Counted from the stretch's first letter, positions 1 through 9,250 are shown. The stretch is DNA of 64,000 nucleotides from Bdellovibrionales bacterium (GCA_965226095.1 OZ245336.1:1033308-1097307); one strand, 5' to 3'. Made by a program: numbers and translations. The notes: generated by a model from the sequence alone, not told the origin.

Positions 1-816
1 GTTTAAGCCTAACTCCGCCAATAAGGAAAATAACTCTCCATAAGACATATTGGGGTTTTTATGGGATAATAGCTTTTTTAAATCCTCCAACTTTTGCTGA
101 CAGTTTTTGTCCATAATTATTCTTATTTCCACTTTGTCATTATTGATGTTTCTAATTTTTTCTTTTTCATTACAGACTTCAGGAAAAGTATTGGACAGTA
201 ATTGTTCTGTTTCCTTCCTGGACTTGCCTTGCACTTGCTCAATCAAATCTCTTTTTTGATCTTTACTTATAGGTACTTGATGACGCAGCAATTCTTCACT
301 GTGAATAATAGGTGCGTCATTTTTAGTAAGCTTTTGATTTAATTGAGTTTTTTTATTTTTATCCAACAGCGTTTTAGTTGTCATAGCCTGCTGTTGAATT
401 GCCTTATTTTTTATCTGTTTTTCCTGCTTTTCAAACACAGTTTGAAGCTTACTGGCTGTACAAAGATTAAGTTCTCCTTTTGCCATTTTCAGCTTTGTTT
501 CCGGCAGTTCTTTACAAAGCTTCATGGCTTTAATTCTTCTATAGGCGGAGCTTTCACTATATCCAAGTTCTTTAACAGTATATTCAAACAAACTGGAAAA
601 GCCTCTTTTCAAATAGAGTTTTCTTTTTTCTATTTCCTGCAAGTGTTGCAAAACTAAAACATTAATTTGTCTTTCTTTTTGTACCAGATTTTTGGTTTGT
701 GAAAGTAATTGATTATCTGTCATACCTGCGAACGCAGGTATCCAGCCCACTGGATTCCCGTTTTCACGGGAATGACGGGTACCTTGTCCGTTTTGTTTTT
801 CTTGGTTTTTGTACAT
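1..816 (-). CDS. HNH-endonuclease-family protein, N-terminal part only (gene runs off the window start); apparently intact copy of the 8235..9077 repeat gene
   Basis: My hand translation of the minus strand is open from ATG (rc of 814-816, AGGAGG about 8 nt upstream) to position 1. It reads MYKNQEKQNGQGTRHSRENGNPVGWIPAFAGMTDNQLLSQTKNLVQKERQINVLVLQHLQEIEKRKLYLKRGFSSLFEYTVKELGYSESSAYRRIKAMKL... The ERG(F/Y)xSLFEYxxxxLGYSExxAYRRI pattern is typical of N-termini of multi-copy bacterial HNH endonuclease genes. The HNH motif itself lies outside the window, and the gene is missing from the ORF track only because no stop falls inside the window. Confidence 0.5.
   Translation of the reverse strand, partial: MYKNQEKQNGQGTRHSRENGNPVGWIPAFAGMTDNQLLSQTKNLVQKERQINVLVLQHLQEIEKRKLYLKRGFSSLFEYTVKELGYSESSAYRRIKAMKLCKELPETKLKMAKGELNLCTASKLQTVFEKQEKQIKNKAIQQQAMTTKTLLDKNKKTQLNQKLTKNDAPIIHSEELLRHQVPISKDQKRDLIEQVQGKSRKETEQLLSNTFPEVCNEKEKIRNINNDKVEIRIIMDKNCQQKLEDLKKLLSHKNPNMSYGELFSLLAELGLN
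722..776. repeat. REP-like double palindromic element, in frame inside the HNH-family gene
   Basis: ATACCTGC-GAAC-GCAGGTAT and ATTCCCG-TTTTCA-CGGGAAT hairpins followed by GAC. It encodes RHSRENGNPVGWIPAFAGMT on the minus strand. Confidence 0.75.
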
Positions 817-1153
817 AAAAAATGCCTCCTATGTTGATAATTATTTTTAATAAAAACAATATAGCATGGGTTTTTAAAAGGAGATTTTTATAAAGGTTGA
901 ACACAGTTATAGCTTCACTTTAAAGCCACCTAATAGTCTTATACACTGGCTTTTTTATTCTTAGGCTTCAAAAAACATTTGGATGATATGAAAATAGGAA
1001 GAATAAAGAAATATGAGCATCAAAAAACCTGTCAAGATTTTTTTATTAGAAACACATAGCATATAAAAAATATTTATTTTTAATTAAATACAAATGAATG
1101 ATTCTTGTGAGAAGGTGAAGAAATGATTCTGTTAGCGAATTACTGAACATTTA

Positions 1154-1232
1154 CAGGAATGACAAGATCTACAGGAATGATGGTTGACGGGATTGCGGCT
1201 CAAGGCCGCAATGACAAGTGTTCGGGAATGAC
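1154..1232. repeat. Cluster of REP-like GGAATGAC motifs with a GC hairpin
   Basis: Four copies of (C/G)(A/G)GGAATGA(C/T) or CAATGAC, plus the hairpin ATTGCGGC-TCAAG-GCCGCAAT, lie between the inverted-repeat arm and the pdxJ 3' end. Confidence 0.6.
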
Positions 1233-1298
1233 AAACTTTGTAAAAGTAATAAAATTATAAAAAGGTAAAAGAATACTCTATCGTGAATAGCTGAGCAC

Positions 1299-2036
1299 TT
1301 ATAAGTTGCAAATACGCAGATAATCTTTACATACTTTTTCCAAGCCTTCATACAAAGCTTCACAGATCAAAGCATGCCCTATAGACACTTCCTGAATACC
1401 GGCAACATTTTTTAGAAAAAAAGTTAAATTTTCTCTATTTAAGTCATGGCCGGCGTTGAGAGCAATTCCTAGGTTTTGAACTTTATCACCAACACTGTGA
1501 TAAACATGTGTGATCTTTTGTCTTTGTGCAGTATGAAAGGAATCCGCATAAGCCTTGGTATAAAGCTCCGCTCGATCTGGCTTTAACAAGCTCAAGGCCT
1601 CCTGCTCTTTTTCATCAAAAGTAAAAGGATCCAGAAAAACCGAACTTCGTATATTTTGTTGTCTTAAAAAGTTAAGTGTTTCCTGTAAAATGTTGAATTG
1701 ACTTTGAAAATTCCAACCGGATTCAGAGGTCAAAACATTTGGTCCGTCCGGAACCAGTGTGCATTGATGGGGTTTTACCTCCTGCAGGAGTTTTAAAAAA
1801 ACAGGATTGGGAGTGCCCTCTACATTAAATTCTACATCTTCTTTTTGTAAAACATTCTGAATGGCGCGGACATCTTCATATAAAATATGGCGTTTGTCTG
1901 GTCGAGGATGGACGGTAATACCTCGCACACCAAAAGAAATCAAATCTTTAACGACAGATAACAAATTAGGCTGATCCGTTCCTCGTGCATTTCTAAGAGT
2001 GGCAATTTTATTGACATTTACACTCAGTCTAACCAT
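1299..2036 (-). CDS. pdxJ: Pyridoxine 5'-phosphate synthase
   Basis: 245 aa. The N-terminus MVRLSVNVNKIATLRNARG and later GITVHPRPDKRHI and EVSIGHALI are characteristic PdxJ blocks. Confidence 0.9.
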   Translation of the reverse strand: MVRLSVNVNKIATLRNARGTDQPNLLSVVKDLISFGVRGITVHPRPDKRHILYEDVRAIQNVLQKEDVEFNVEGTPNPVFLKLLQEVKPHQCTLVPDGPNVLTSESGWNFQSQFNILQETLNFLRQQNIRSSVFLDPFTFDEKEQEALSLLKPDRAELYTKAYADSFHTAQRQKITHVYHSVGDKVQNLGIALNAGHDLNRENLTFFLKNVAGIQEVSIGHALICEALYEGLEKVCKDYLRICNL

Positions 2037-2145
2037 ATCATTTTCTCATAAAAAGTTAGTTACAAAAATAAGTTGCTTTAATGTGTGTAGTAGGTCAATG
2101 AAATAGTACATAGAGCGGATGTTTCAAATTTAATGAGGTTTTATA

Positions 2146-3228
2146 TTGTTTAAAAATATAAGAATAAAGCCAATTAGTTGGATATGGATGCTATTGTTTT
2201 GTTGTGCAGTTTTATCTGCCTGCTCTCCTTCATCACAGAAAGCATCAGAGAAAAAACCTCTTCTTATTAATGGCGCTGGCGCTTCTTTTCCCTATATTTT
2301 ATATTTCAAGTGGTTTTCAGAATACAGAAAAGTAAACCCTTCTGTGATAATCAATTACCGTTCAGTGGGAAGTGGCGGTGGCATTCGTCAATTTTTAGCA
2401 GGAACAACAGACTTTGGAGCGACGGATGTTCCTATAAAAAAAGAACAACTTATAAAACATAAAAAAAAGATTCTTCATGTTCCATCCACATTAGGGGCAG
2501 TGGTTGTTAGTTATCATCTGCCTGAGTTGGAAAAAACAGCAGTGATTCGTCTCAATGCGCGAGTATTGGCAAAAATTTATATGGGTCAGATTAAAAAATG
2601 GAATCATAAGGAATTAAAACAGCTTAATCCTTCCTTAAGCTTGCCAGATAGAAATATTCTACCGGTGTATCGAGCAGATGGCAGTGGTACAACAGCTATT
2701 TTTACAGAATATTTAGCGCAGTTCTCACCAGAGTGGTTACAAACAGTGGGGAAGGGTAAAGCGGTCAGTTGGCCTCTGGGCATTGGAGGAAAAGGGAATG
2801 AGGGTGTTATGGGATTCTTGCAAAAAACCCCGGGAGCACTTGGTTATGTAGGAATGAGTTATGCTTTAAACAGACAGTGGCCCATGGCGCAGATTCAAAA
2901 TAGCTCAGGGCATTTTGTCACAGCTAGTGTTCTTTCTGTGAAAAAGGCGGCGGAACAAACTCTCGATCAAACACAGGATTTATTTCATCCTATGACACAA
3001 GCTGGAGGGGAGAATGTTTACCCTTTGTCTTCTTATACATACCTGTTGTTTTATCAGCAAATGTCGGGACAAAAGGGAGAAGCCTTATTGAAACTTTTAG
3101 GTTGGGTTTTGGAAGATGCGCAAAACTTTTCTGAAAAATTGTATTATATTCGCCTTCCCAGTCCCGTTGTGAAAAAAATCAAAAAAATTGTAAAATCAAT
3201 CCAAATTGTTCCTTCGGTCCATGAGTAA
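2146..3228 (+). CDS. pstS: Phosphate ABC transporter substrate-binding lipoprotein
   Basis: 360 aa with a lipobox LSAC. It carries the GAGASFPYILY and RADGSGTT motifs typical of PstS, and it leads the pstCAB-phoU operon. The start is TTG as in the ORF track, so the exact start is uncertain. Confidence 0.88.
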   Translation: MFKNIRIKPISWIWMLLFCCAVLSACSPSSQKASEKKPLLINGAGASFPYILYFKWFSEYRKVNPSVIINYRSVGSGGGIRQFLAGTTDFGATDVPIKKEQLIKHKKKILHVPSTLGAVVVSYHLPELEKTAVIRLNARVLAKIYMGQIKKWNHKELKQLNPSLSLPDRNILPVYRADGSGTTAIFTEYLAQFSPEWLQTVGKGKAVSWPLGIGGKGNEGVMGFLQKTPGALGYVGMSYALNRQWPMAQIQNSSGHFVTASVLSVKKAAEQTLDQTQDLFHPMTQAGGENVYPLSSYTYLLFYQQMSGQKGEALLKLLGWVLEDAQNFSEKLYYIRLPSPVVKKIKKIVKSIQIVPSVHE

Positions 3229-4258
3229 AGCAAGGGAAAAAGCCTCTACAGGCTTGCTTGTTTTATGGAATTTTTTGCAAAAAAGTTTTAAAAAAGAAAA
3301 TCATTTTTCAGATCAGATTTTTTATTTGTTATTAAGGAGCGGCGGCTGGCTTTTGATTTTCATTTTTGTTTACATGATGTGGAAAATTTTTCAAATGTCC
3401 TGGCCGGCCTTCTCCCATTTTGGTTTTTCTTTTTTTTCCAGTGCGCAATGGAATAGCTGGACTCAAGAGTATGGAGCTTTGTCGCTGATTTATGGCACCC
3501 TGGTTAGTTCTTTTTTAGCAGTGGTGTTGGCTGTGCCGGTGAGTGTAGGCGTTGCTCTTTTTTTAAATGAACTGGCGCCGGACTGGCTCAGTAAACCACT
3601 GTCTTTTGTCGTGGAAATGCTGGCGGCCGTGCCTTCTATTGTGTATGGCTTGTGGGGTTTGTTTGTACTGGCTCCTTTTTTAAGGGATCATGTTCAATCC
3701 TTTTTATCTGAATACTTTTCCTTTTTACCCATTTTTTCCGGTCCTTATTATGGTGTGAGTATGATGTGTGGTGGAGTGGTTTTAGCAATTATGATTGTGC
3801 CCACTATTTCTGCGGTTTGCCGGGAAGTGTTTCGCACTATTCCTGAATCTCATAGAGAGGCCGCTATAGGTTTAGGAACTACAAAGTGGGAAATGTTAAA
3901 AATAGCAGTTTTGAAAGGGGGGTTTTCAGGGATTATGGGAGCTATTGTTATGGGTCTTGGTCGCGCTTTGGGAGAGACAATGGCTGTAACAATGGTCATT
4001 GGTAATGCAACCTCTATTAAAGCCTCTTTGTTTGGACCAGCACAAACTATGGCCAGTATTTTAGCCAATCAATATGTGGAAGCGGATAACGAATTACATT
4101 TGGCCGCTTTAACAGCTGTTGGGTTTTCTTTGTTTTGTATTTCTTTGTTCATTAATTTGCTGGCTCGAGGATTGGTTTGGAGAATGGAAAGACGCTATCA
4201 CCCACCAAAAGTACCTCATGGTTTGAAAAAAACACAACAAGTAGCAGAGCAAAGCTGA
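3221..4258 (+). CDS. pstC: Phosphate ABC transporter permease
   Basis: Polytopic membrane protein containing the EAA-loop-like EAAIGLGTTKWEM. I prefer the ATG at 3221, which overlaps the pstS stop (ATGAGTAA), over the TTG at 3206. Confidence 0.88.
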   Translation: MSKAREKASTGLLVLWNFLQKSFKKENHFSDQIFYLLLRSGGWLLIFIFVYMMWKIFQMSWPAFSHFGFSFFSSAQWNSWTQEYGALSLIYGTLVSSFLAVVLAVPVSVGVALFLNELAPDWLSKPLSFVVEMLAAVPSIVYGLWGLFVLAPFLRDHVQSFLSEYFSFLPIFSGPYYGVSMMCGGVVLAIMIVPTISAVCREVFRTIPESHREAAIGLGTTKWEMLKIAVLKGGFSGIMGAIVMGLGRALGETMAVTMVIGNATSIKASLFGPAQTMASILANQYVEADNELHLAALTAVGFSLFCISLFINLLARGLVWRMERRYHPPKVPHGLKKTQQVAEQS

Positions 4259-4267
4259 GGAGATGTA

Positions 4268-5152
4268 ATGAATACCATGATCGACAAATTATCACACCAC
4301 TCTGGTGGAGCCAAGTCTCCTAGATATTATTGGAGAAAGTGGAGTAGTAGATGGGTCGTGGGGCTTTTGATATTCATGAGTGTACTGGCGGCTATTCCCT
4401 TTTTTTTCATTGTCTATTATGTGATCCAGCAAGGTTTTATGGCTATTAACTGGGACTTTTTTACCGGCTTACCTAAGCCACCCGGTGAAAGCGGAGGAGG
4501 AATGGCCAACGCCATTGTAGGTAGTGCGATTGTTGTAGGTTTGGCTTCTGTGGTGGGAATGCCCTGGGGTTTGAGTTTAGGAATTTATTTAAGTGAGTAT
4601 AGGGATACAAGAACGGCCAGTTTATTAAGATTTGTCATTGATGTGTTGTTGAGTGCTCCTTCTATTGTTGTGGGTATTTTTATTTATGTTATTTTGGTGA
4701 CTCGCTTTGGTTTTTCCTCTTATGCCGGTTCAGCGGCCTTACTATTGATTATGCTACCTGTGACAGCTAGAGGTACAGAGGAGATTTTAAAACTCACTCC
4801 TGTTTCCATAAGGGAAGCTGGTTTGGCTTTGGGGATTTCCAGATGGAAAACAATTTTATTTATTTTAGTGCCAAGTGTTTTCAGTATGCTGTTGACAGTG
4901 CTGATGTTGGCCGTGGCTCGTATTGCTGGAGAAACAGCTCCATTGCTTTTCACCTCACTGGGTAATCAAGTTCATATCTCCAATCTGACAGAGCCAGTAG
5001 CCACTTTACCTGTGCAGATTTATGAATATTCCAAGAGCGGATTTGAGCAACTGGAAGGACAGGCCTGGGCCGGTGCAATGGTGTTGGTGGGTTTTGTTTT
5101 TTTGGTCAATCTTCTCACCCGTATTACTTTCTTTTTTTATAAAAGGAAATAA
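4268..5152 (+). CDS. pstA: Phosphate ABC transporter permease
   Basis: 294 aa membrane protein with the EAA loop REAGLALGISRWKT. It occupies the second permease position in the pst operon. Confidence 0.88.
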   Translation: MNTMIDKLSHHSGGAKSPRYYWRKWSSRWVVGLLIFMSVLAAIPFFFIVYYVIQQGFMAINWDFFTGLPKPPGESGGGMANAIVGSAIVVGLASVVGMPWGLSLGIYLSEYRDTRTASLLRFVIDVLLSAPSIVVGIFIYVILVTRFGFSSYAGSAALLLIMLPVTARGTEEILKLTPVSIREAGLALGISRWKTILFILVPSVFSMLLTVLMLAVARIAGETAPLLFTSLGNQVHISNLTEPVATLPVQIYEYSKSGFEQLEGQAWAGAMVLVGFVFLVNLLTRITFFFYKRK

Positions 5153-5198
5153 AAAGTTTTGTCTGGACATTTCAAAAATTTAAAGTTTATAAGGAAAC

Positions 5199-5966
5199 AT
5201 GTCTCTTAACGAAAATGTATTGTTACAAATAAAAAATTTGGAAGCTGGTTTTTCCGGCACTCAGGTTTTAAAAAATATTAGTATGAAGGTGGTGCCCAAT
5301 AAGGTGTTGGCAGTGATTGGACCTTCTGGTTGTGGGAAGTCCACTTTTTTAAGGTGCCTTAATCGAATGCATGAAGAGGTTAAGGGAGCTTATGTTAGTG
5401 GAGAGATTTATCTCAATAAAAAAAATATTTATGATACAAATATGGATCCGGTTTTAGTTCGTCGGCAAATTGGCATGGTCTTTCAAAAGGCCAATCCTTT
5501 TCCAGGACTAAGTATTTTTGATAATGTGGCAGTGGGCTTAAGACTCATGGGAGTGAAAAAATCAGTATTAGTAGAGAAAGTGGAAAACTCTCTTAAGGAT
5601 GCGGCCTTATGGTCGGAGGTGAAAGATATTCTCAAGCGGCCAGGTACCTCTTTATCTGGTGGTCAACAGCAAAGGTTATGCATTGCCAGAGCTTTGGCCG
5701 TCAATCCTGATGTGATTTTAATGGATGAACCGACTTCTGCTTTGGATCCGATATCTACTGCCCGAGTGGAGGCTTTGATTCAACAGTTGAAAAAACAAGT
5801 CACTGTGGTGATTGTTACTCATAATATGCAACAGGCGGCGCGTATTTCTAATAAAACCGCTTTTTTACTTATGGGTGAATTGATAGAATATGAAAAAACC
5901 TCTACACTTTTTACAACTCCTTCTCATGAAAAAACAGAAGCTTACATTACAGGAAGGTTTGGATGA
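5199..5966 (+). CDS. pstB: Phosphate ABC transporter ATP-binding protein
   Basis: Walker [13 protein letters not shown] signature LSGGQQQRL and Walker [12 protein letters not shown]. The 255 aa length is typical for PstB. Confidence 0.92.
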   Translation: MSLNENVLLQIKNLEAGFSGTQVLKNISMKVVPNKVLAVIGPSGCGKSTFLRCLNRMHEEVKGAYVSGEIYLNKKNIYDTNMDPVLVRRQIGMVFQKANPFPGLSIFDNVAVGLRLMGVKKSVLVEKVENSLKDAALWSEVKDILKRPGTSLSGGQQQRLCIARALAVNPDVILMDEPTSALDPISTARVEALIQQLKKQVTVVIVTHNMQQAARISNKTAFLLMGELIEYEKTSTLFTTPSHEKTEAYITGRFG

Positions 5967-6655
5967 GCAAGTTACAAAGTAAATTGGATGAACGACTCAA
6001 TTATATTAAGAGTCTTATTTTGGATATGGGGGGACTGGTGGAGAAAACCATATCCGATTCCAGTGCCTGCTTATTGAAAGATAAACTAAATAATCAGTTT
6101 TTGGAAAAACTGCAAAAACGGGAAGAGAAGATTAATACGTTTCACTTAAAGATAGCTCGTTCCTGTTTTAAAAATTTGGCTCGTGAAAGTCCGGTGGCTC
6201 GTGATCTCAGGCTGATACTGGCCATTATCAATGCCAACACGGATTTGGAGAGAATGGGGGATTTGGCTTTTAATATCGCTGTGAAGGGACAGGTTCTACA
6301 AAGAGATCCTCTGCTGGAGGCCTCTTTTAAATTATTTGAAAAAATGTTTTCACAGGTGATTAAGATGACTCATGAGTCTTTATCCGCTTTTGTAGAAGGA
6401 AATGAAAAGTTGGCTCGCGAGATATTACTTCAAGATGATATTGTGGATCATATCAGAGATGATATTCGCTCACATGTAGAAAAGATTTGTTTCTCTAATG
6501 CTCAAGTCATAAAACCTTGTATTGATTTAATTACTATTGCCGGAGATCTGGAACGTATTGCCGATCATGTGACCAATATTGCTGAAGAAGTGATCTTTTT
6601 GGAAACCGGTGACGATATCAGACACCAGCACGGATCTGATTCAGAAGAAAATTAA
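5963..6655 (+). CDS. phoU: Phosphate signalling complex protein PhoU
   Basis: 230 aa with two PhoU repeats, each carrying a D/E-LERxxD motif ([13 protein letters not shown] and [14 protein letters not shown]). Its start overlaps the pstB stop. Confidence 0.9.
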   Translation: MSKLQSKLDERLNYIKSLILDMGGLVEKTISDSSACLLKDKLNNQFLEKLQKREEKINTFHLKIARSCFKNLARESPVARDLRLILAIINANTDLERMGDLAFNIAVKGQVLQRDPLLEASFKLFEKMFSQVIKMTHESLSAFVEGNEKLAREILLQDDIVDHIRDDIRSHVEKICFSNAQVIKPCIDLITIAGDLERIADHVTNIAEEVIFLETGDDIRHQHGSDSEEN

Positions 6656-6677
6656 TTTAGATTTAGAATAAAGTATT

Positions 6678-7679
6678 TTAAATAAGTTCTTGAATTTTTT
6701 GTAAAATTTCTAATTTAATATCTTTTGTATAATTCTGTAATAAAGCTCCTGAAGAGTGTGCATGTCCGCCACCATTAAAGTTTTCAGCCAAGCCGGAGAC
6801 ATCTATAAATTTACTTCTAAAACTGAGTTTATATTGATTTTCTGCTAATTGGACAATCAGTGCCGCTACTTTGATAGATGGTATTTTTAAAGTCATTTCA
6901 ATAAAATCACAAGCGTCTGTCACATAAAGATCATGGCTTAATAAAATATCTTGATTTATTTTTAATATGGCAATGCTTTCCTTATTAAAATATTCCACTT
7001 GTTGGATTGTCTGTGCTAGTAAATTCAATTTCTTTTTGCTCATGTTAAACAGATGGTGATAAATAGTTCGATGTTCTTCTATATAGGAAAACAGTTCTCC
7101 GCAAATTTTATAAGAATTGGCTGAATTTTTAATAAATTGAAAGTTTTGAGTATCTGATAAGATACTCACATATAAAGCAATGGCAATACTAGTATTCATT
7201 TCCAGTTTTAATTCTTTAAGTAAGGAGTAAATGATTTCTCCAGTACTGGCGGCCGTAGCATCCACAAAATATTCGGCATCCGTGCAATAGGAAGGAGGTG
7301 AATTTTTTAATAAACAATGGTGATCAATAAAAATAATTTTTTTACATTTTGTTTTTAACTCTGTATATAGAGGTTCGATCAGACGGCAGTCGTTAGTATC
7401 ACAAATGAGAGCTAAATCACAGTTTTCGATTGGTGTTTTTAAATGATCAAAAGATTCAATATCTTTTTTAGGGATAAAAAAATCATATTTTTTAGAAATT
7501 GGATCCACTGTCAGGATTCGTGTTTTCTTTTTGAGTTGGTTAAAGCTATGATAAAGCGCTACAATGGAACCCAAGCCATCGCCATCGCAGGTTTTATGTG
7601 TTGTTAGTAAAATAGATTCAGATTTTTGAATATCTGAGATTAATTGGTTAATTTGTATATTGCTTACAGATTGAGGCAT
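6678..7679 (-). CDS. DHH-family phosphoesterase (NrnA-like oligoribonuclease/pAp phosphatase)
   Basis: 333 aa with the motifs HKTCDGDGLGS, IDHH and the DHHA1 GGGHAHSSG. Confidence 0.8.
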   Translation of the reverse strand: MPQSVSNIQINQLISDIQKSESILLTTHKTCDGDGLGSIVALYHSFNQLKKKTRILTVDPISKKYDFFIPKKDIESFDHLKTPIENCDLALICDTNDCRLIEPLYTELKTKCKKIIFIDHHCLLKNSPPSYCTDAEYFVDATAASTGEIIYSLLKELKLEMNTSIAIALYVSILSDTQNFQFIKNSANSYKICGELFSYIEEHRTIYHHLFNMSKKKLNLLAQTIQQVEYFNKESIAILKINQDILLSHDLYVTDACDFIEMTLKIPSIKVAALIVQLAENQYKLSFRSKFIDVSGLAENFNGGGHAHSSGALLQNYTKDIKLEILQKIQELI

Positions 7680-7754
7680 ATTTTATCCAGTATTTCCTAT
7701 ATTATTTAAAAGTAACATTTTTTTAATGTCAGAGCCATAAAAAATTATTTGATT

Positions 7755-7949
7755 GGATTCCTGTATAATCACTTCTCTCCTGCGAAAGCCGTCATCCCTG
7801 TATAACTGAAAGCTCTCTAAGAGCTTTCAGTCCCTGCGAAAGCCGTCATCCCTGTATAACTGAAAGCTCTCTAAGAGCTTTCAGTCCCTGCGAAAGCCGT
7901 CATCCCTGTATAACTGAAAGCCGTCATCCCTGCGAAAGCAGGGATCCAG
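7755..7949. repeat. REP-like cluster including about 2.7 tandem copies of a 54-bp unit
   Basis: The unit TCCCTGCGAAAGCCGTCATCCCTGTATAACTGAAAGCTCTCTAAGAGCTTTCAG occurs at 7777-7830, 7831-7884 and 7885-7920 (partial). The array ends in an intact hairpin ATCCCTGC-GAAA-GCAGGGAT at 7926-7945. Confidence 0.85.
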
Positions 7950-8234
7950 AAAACTAAACAATTAATTATCATAAAAATATTTTTATATGTTCTGTGTTTC
8001 TAATAAAAAAATCTTGACAGGTTTTTTGATGCTTATATCTCTTCACACTTGCTATTTTTATAGCATCCAAATGTTTTTTTCAGCTTAAGAATAAAAAAGC
8101 CAGTGTATAAGACTATTAGGTGGCTTTAAAGTGAAGCTATAACTGTGTTCAACCTTTATAAAAATCTCCTTTTAAAACCTCATGTTATATTGTTTTTGTT
8201 AAGAAATAATTATCAACATAGGAGGCATGTTTAT

Positions 8235-9077
8235 ATGTACAAAAACCAAGAAAAACAAAATAGGCAAACTGTTCGTCATTCCCGTGAAAACGGGAATCCA
8301 GTGGGCTGGATACCTGCATTCGCAGGTATGACAGATAATCAATTACTTTTGCAAACAAAAAATCTAGTACAAAAAGAAAGACAAATTAATATCCAAGTTC
8401 TTCAGCACTTACAGGAAATAGAAAACAGGAAACTCTATTTGGAGAGAGGCTTTCCAAGCCTTTTTGAATATGCTGTTAAAGAACTTGGCTATAGCGAAAG
8501 CTCAGCCTATAGAAGAATCAAAGCCATGAAGCTTTGTAAAGAACTGCCAGAAACAAAACTGAAAATGGCAAAAGGAGAATTGAATCTTTGCACTGCCAGC
8601 AAGCTTCAAAGTGTGTTTGAAAAGCAGGAAAAACAGATAAAAAATAAGGCAATTCAACAGCAGGCTATGACAACTAAAATGCTGTTGGATAAAAATAAAA
8701 AAGATAAGTTAAATCAAAAGCTTACTAAAAATAACGCACCTATTATTCACAGTGAAGAATTGCTGCGTCATCAAGTACCTATAAGTAAAGACCAAAAAAG
8801 AGATTTGATTGAGCAAGTGCAAGGCAAGTCCAGGAAGGAAACAGAACAATTACTGTCCAATACTTTTCCTGAGGTTTGTAATGAGAAAGAAAAAGTCAGA
8901 AATATAAATAATAACAAAGTGGAAATAAAAATAATTGTGGACAAAGACTGCCAGCAAAAACTGGAAGATTTAAAAAAGCTATTATCCCACAAAAATCCTA
9001 ATAGAGAGGTGATCAGAAAAAACACAAAGATCGTAGAGCTAAATAGGAAAAGCCCTCAGGCGGTTTTTCCTATTTAG
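8235..9077 (+). pseudogene. Truncated or decayed copy of the HNH-family repeat gene
   Basis: The ATG at 8235 is preceded by AGGAGG. The protein tracks the left copy up to ...LLSHKNPN. A different ~120-bp segment (9013-9132) then replaces 36 bp of the left copy and introduces a stop at 9075-9077. Homology resumes at TTAGGCTTAAAC and then ends in REP-like elements before mgtE, so no room remains for an HNH domain. Confidence 0.6.
8275..8329. repeat. REP-like double palindromic element in frame in the right gene copy
   Basis: GTCATTCCCG-TGAAAA-CGGGAAT followed by ATACCTGC-ATTC-GCAGGTAT, the mirror image of 722-776. Confidence 0.75.
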
Positions 9078-9184
9078 CCCCTCAAAAAAATTATCTTCCA
9101 ATTTTTACTCCCATAGAAATGACACTGCAGAATTAGGCTTAAACAAATACGATCCTAAAAGAAAAATAAACAAAAATAATAACT

Positions 9185-9250
9185 GGATTCCTGCTTTCGC
9201 AGGAATGACAGCATTGCAGATAAATTCGTCATTCCCACAAATACAGGAAT
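9185..9250. repeat. REP-like elements
   Basis: GGATTCCTGC-TTTC-GCAGGAATGAC followed by GTCATTCCCACAAATACAGGAAT. Confidence 0.65.

Larger units (their letters stand above)
1..1085. repeat. Left arm of a ~1.1 kb inverted repeat (partner ~7960..9144)
   Basis: The reverse complement of 1..~1085 aligns with ~7960..9144. Position 1 (GTTTAAGCCTAA) pairs with 9133-9144 (TTAGGCTTAAAC). Most positions are identical by eye, with a less similar stretch at about 960-1020 and one replaced segment. Confidence 0.85.
7960..9144. repeat. Right arm of the ~1.1 kb inverted repeat (partner 1..~1085)
   Basis: See the left arm. It includes the upstream non-coding region, the RBS and the first ~260 codons of the repeat gene. 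Confidence 0.85.

Noticed and set aside
343-657. 104-aa plus-strand ORF in the track
   Set aside because: It lies antisense to the well-supported HNH-family repeat gene (minus strand, open through the whole region). The peptide is Phe/Leu/Cys-rich low-complexity sequence typical of antisense frames in AT-rich DNA.
1169-1363. 64-aa minus-strand ORF
   Set aside because: It is built from the REP-like cluster and overlaps the pdxJ 3' end, with no coding signal.
2037-2145. Pho box upstream of pstS
   Set aside because: I could not find a convincing tandem CTGTCAT-like repeat by eye. A matrix scan would be needed, so it is not called.
3850-4953. Antisense ORFs inside pstC and pstA (3850..4068, 4720..4953)
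   Set aside because: They lie opposite strongly supported permease genes and are shadow ORFs.
7777-7949. Possible CRISPR array (54-bp repeats)
   Set aside because: The units abut each other with no unique spacers, there are only ~2.7 copies, and the content is REP-like hairpins. No cas genes are in the window.
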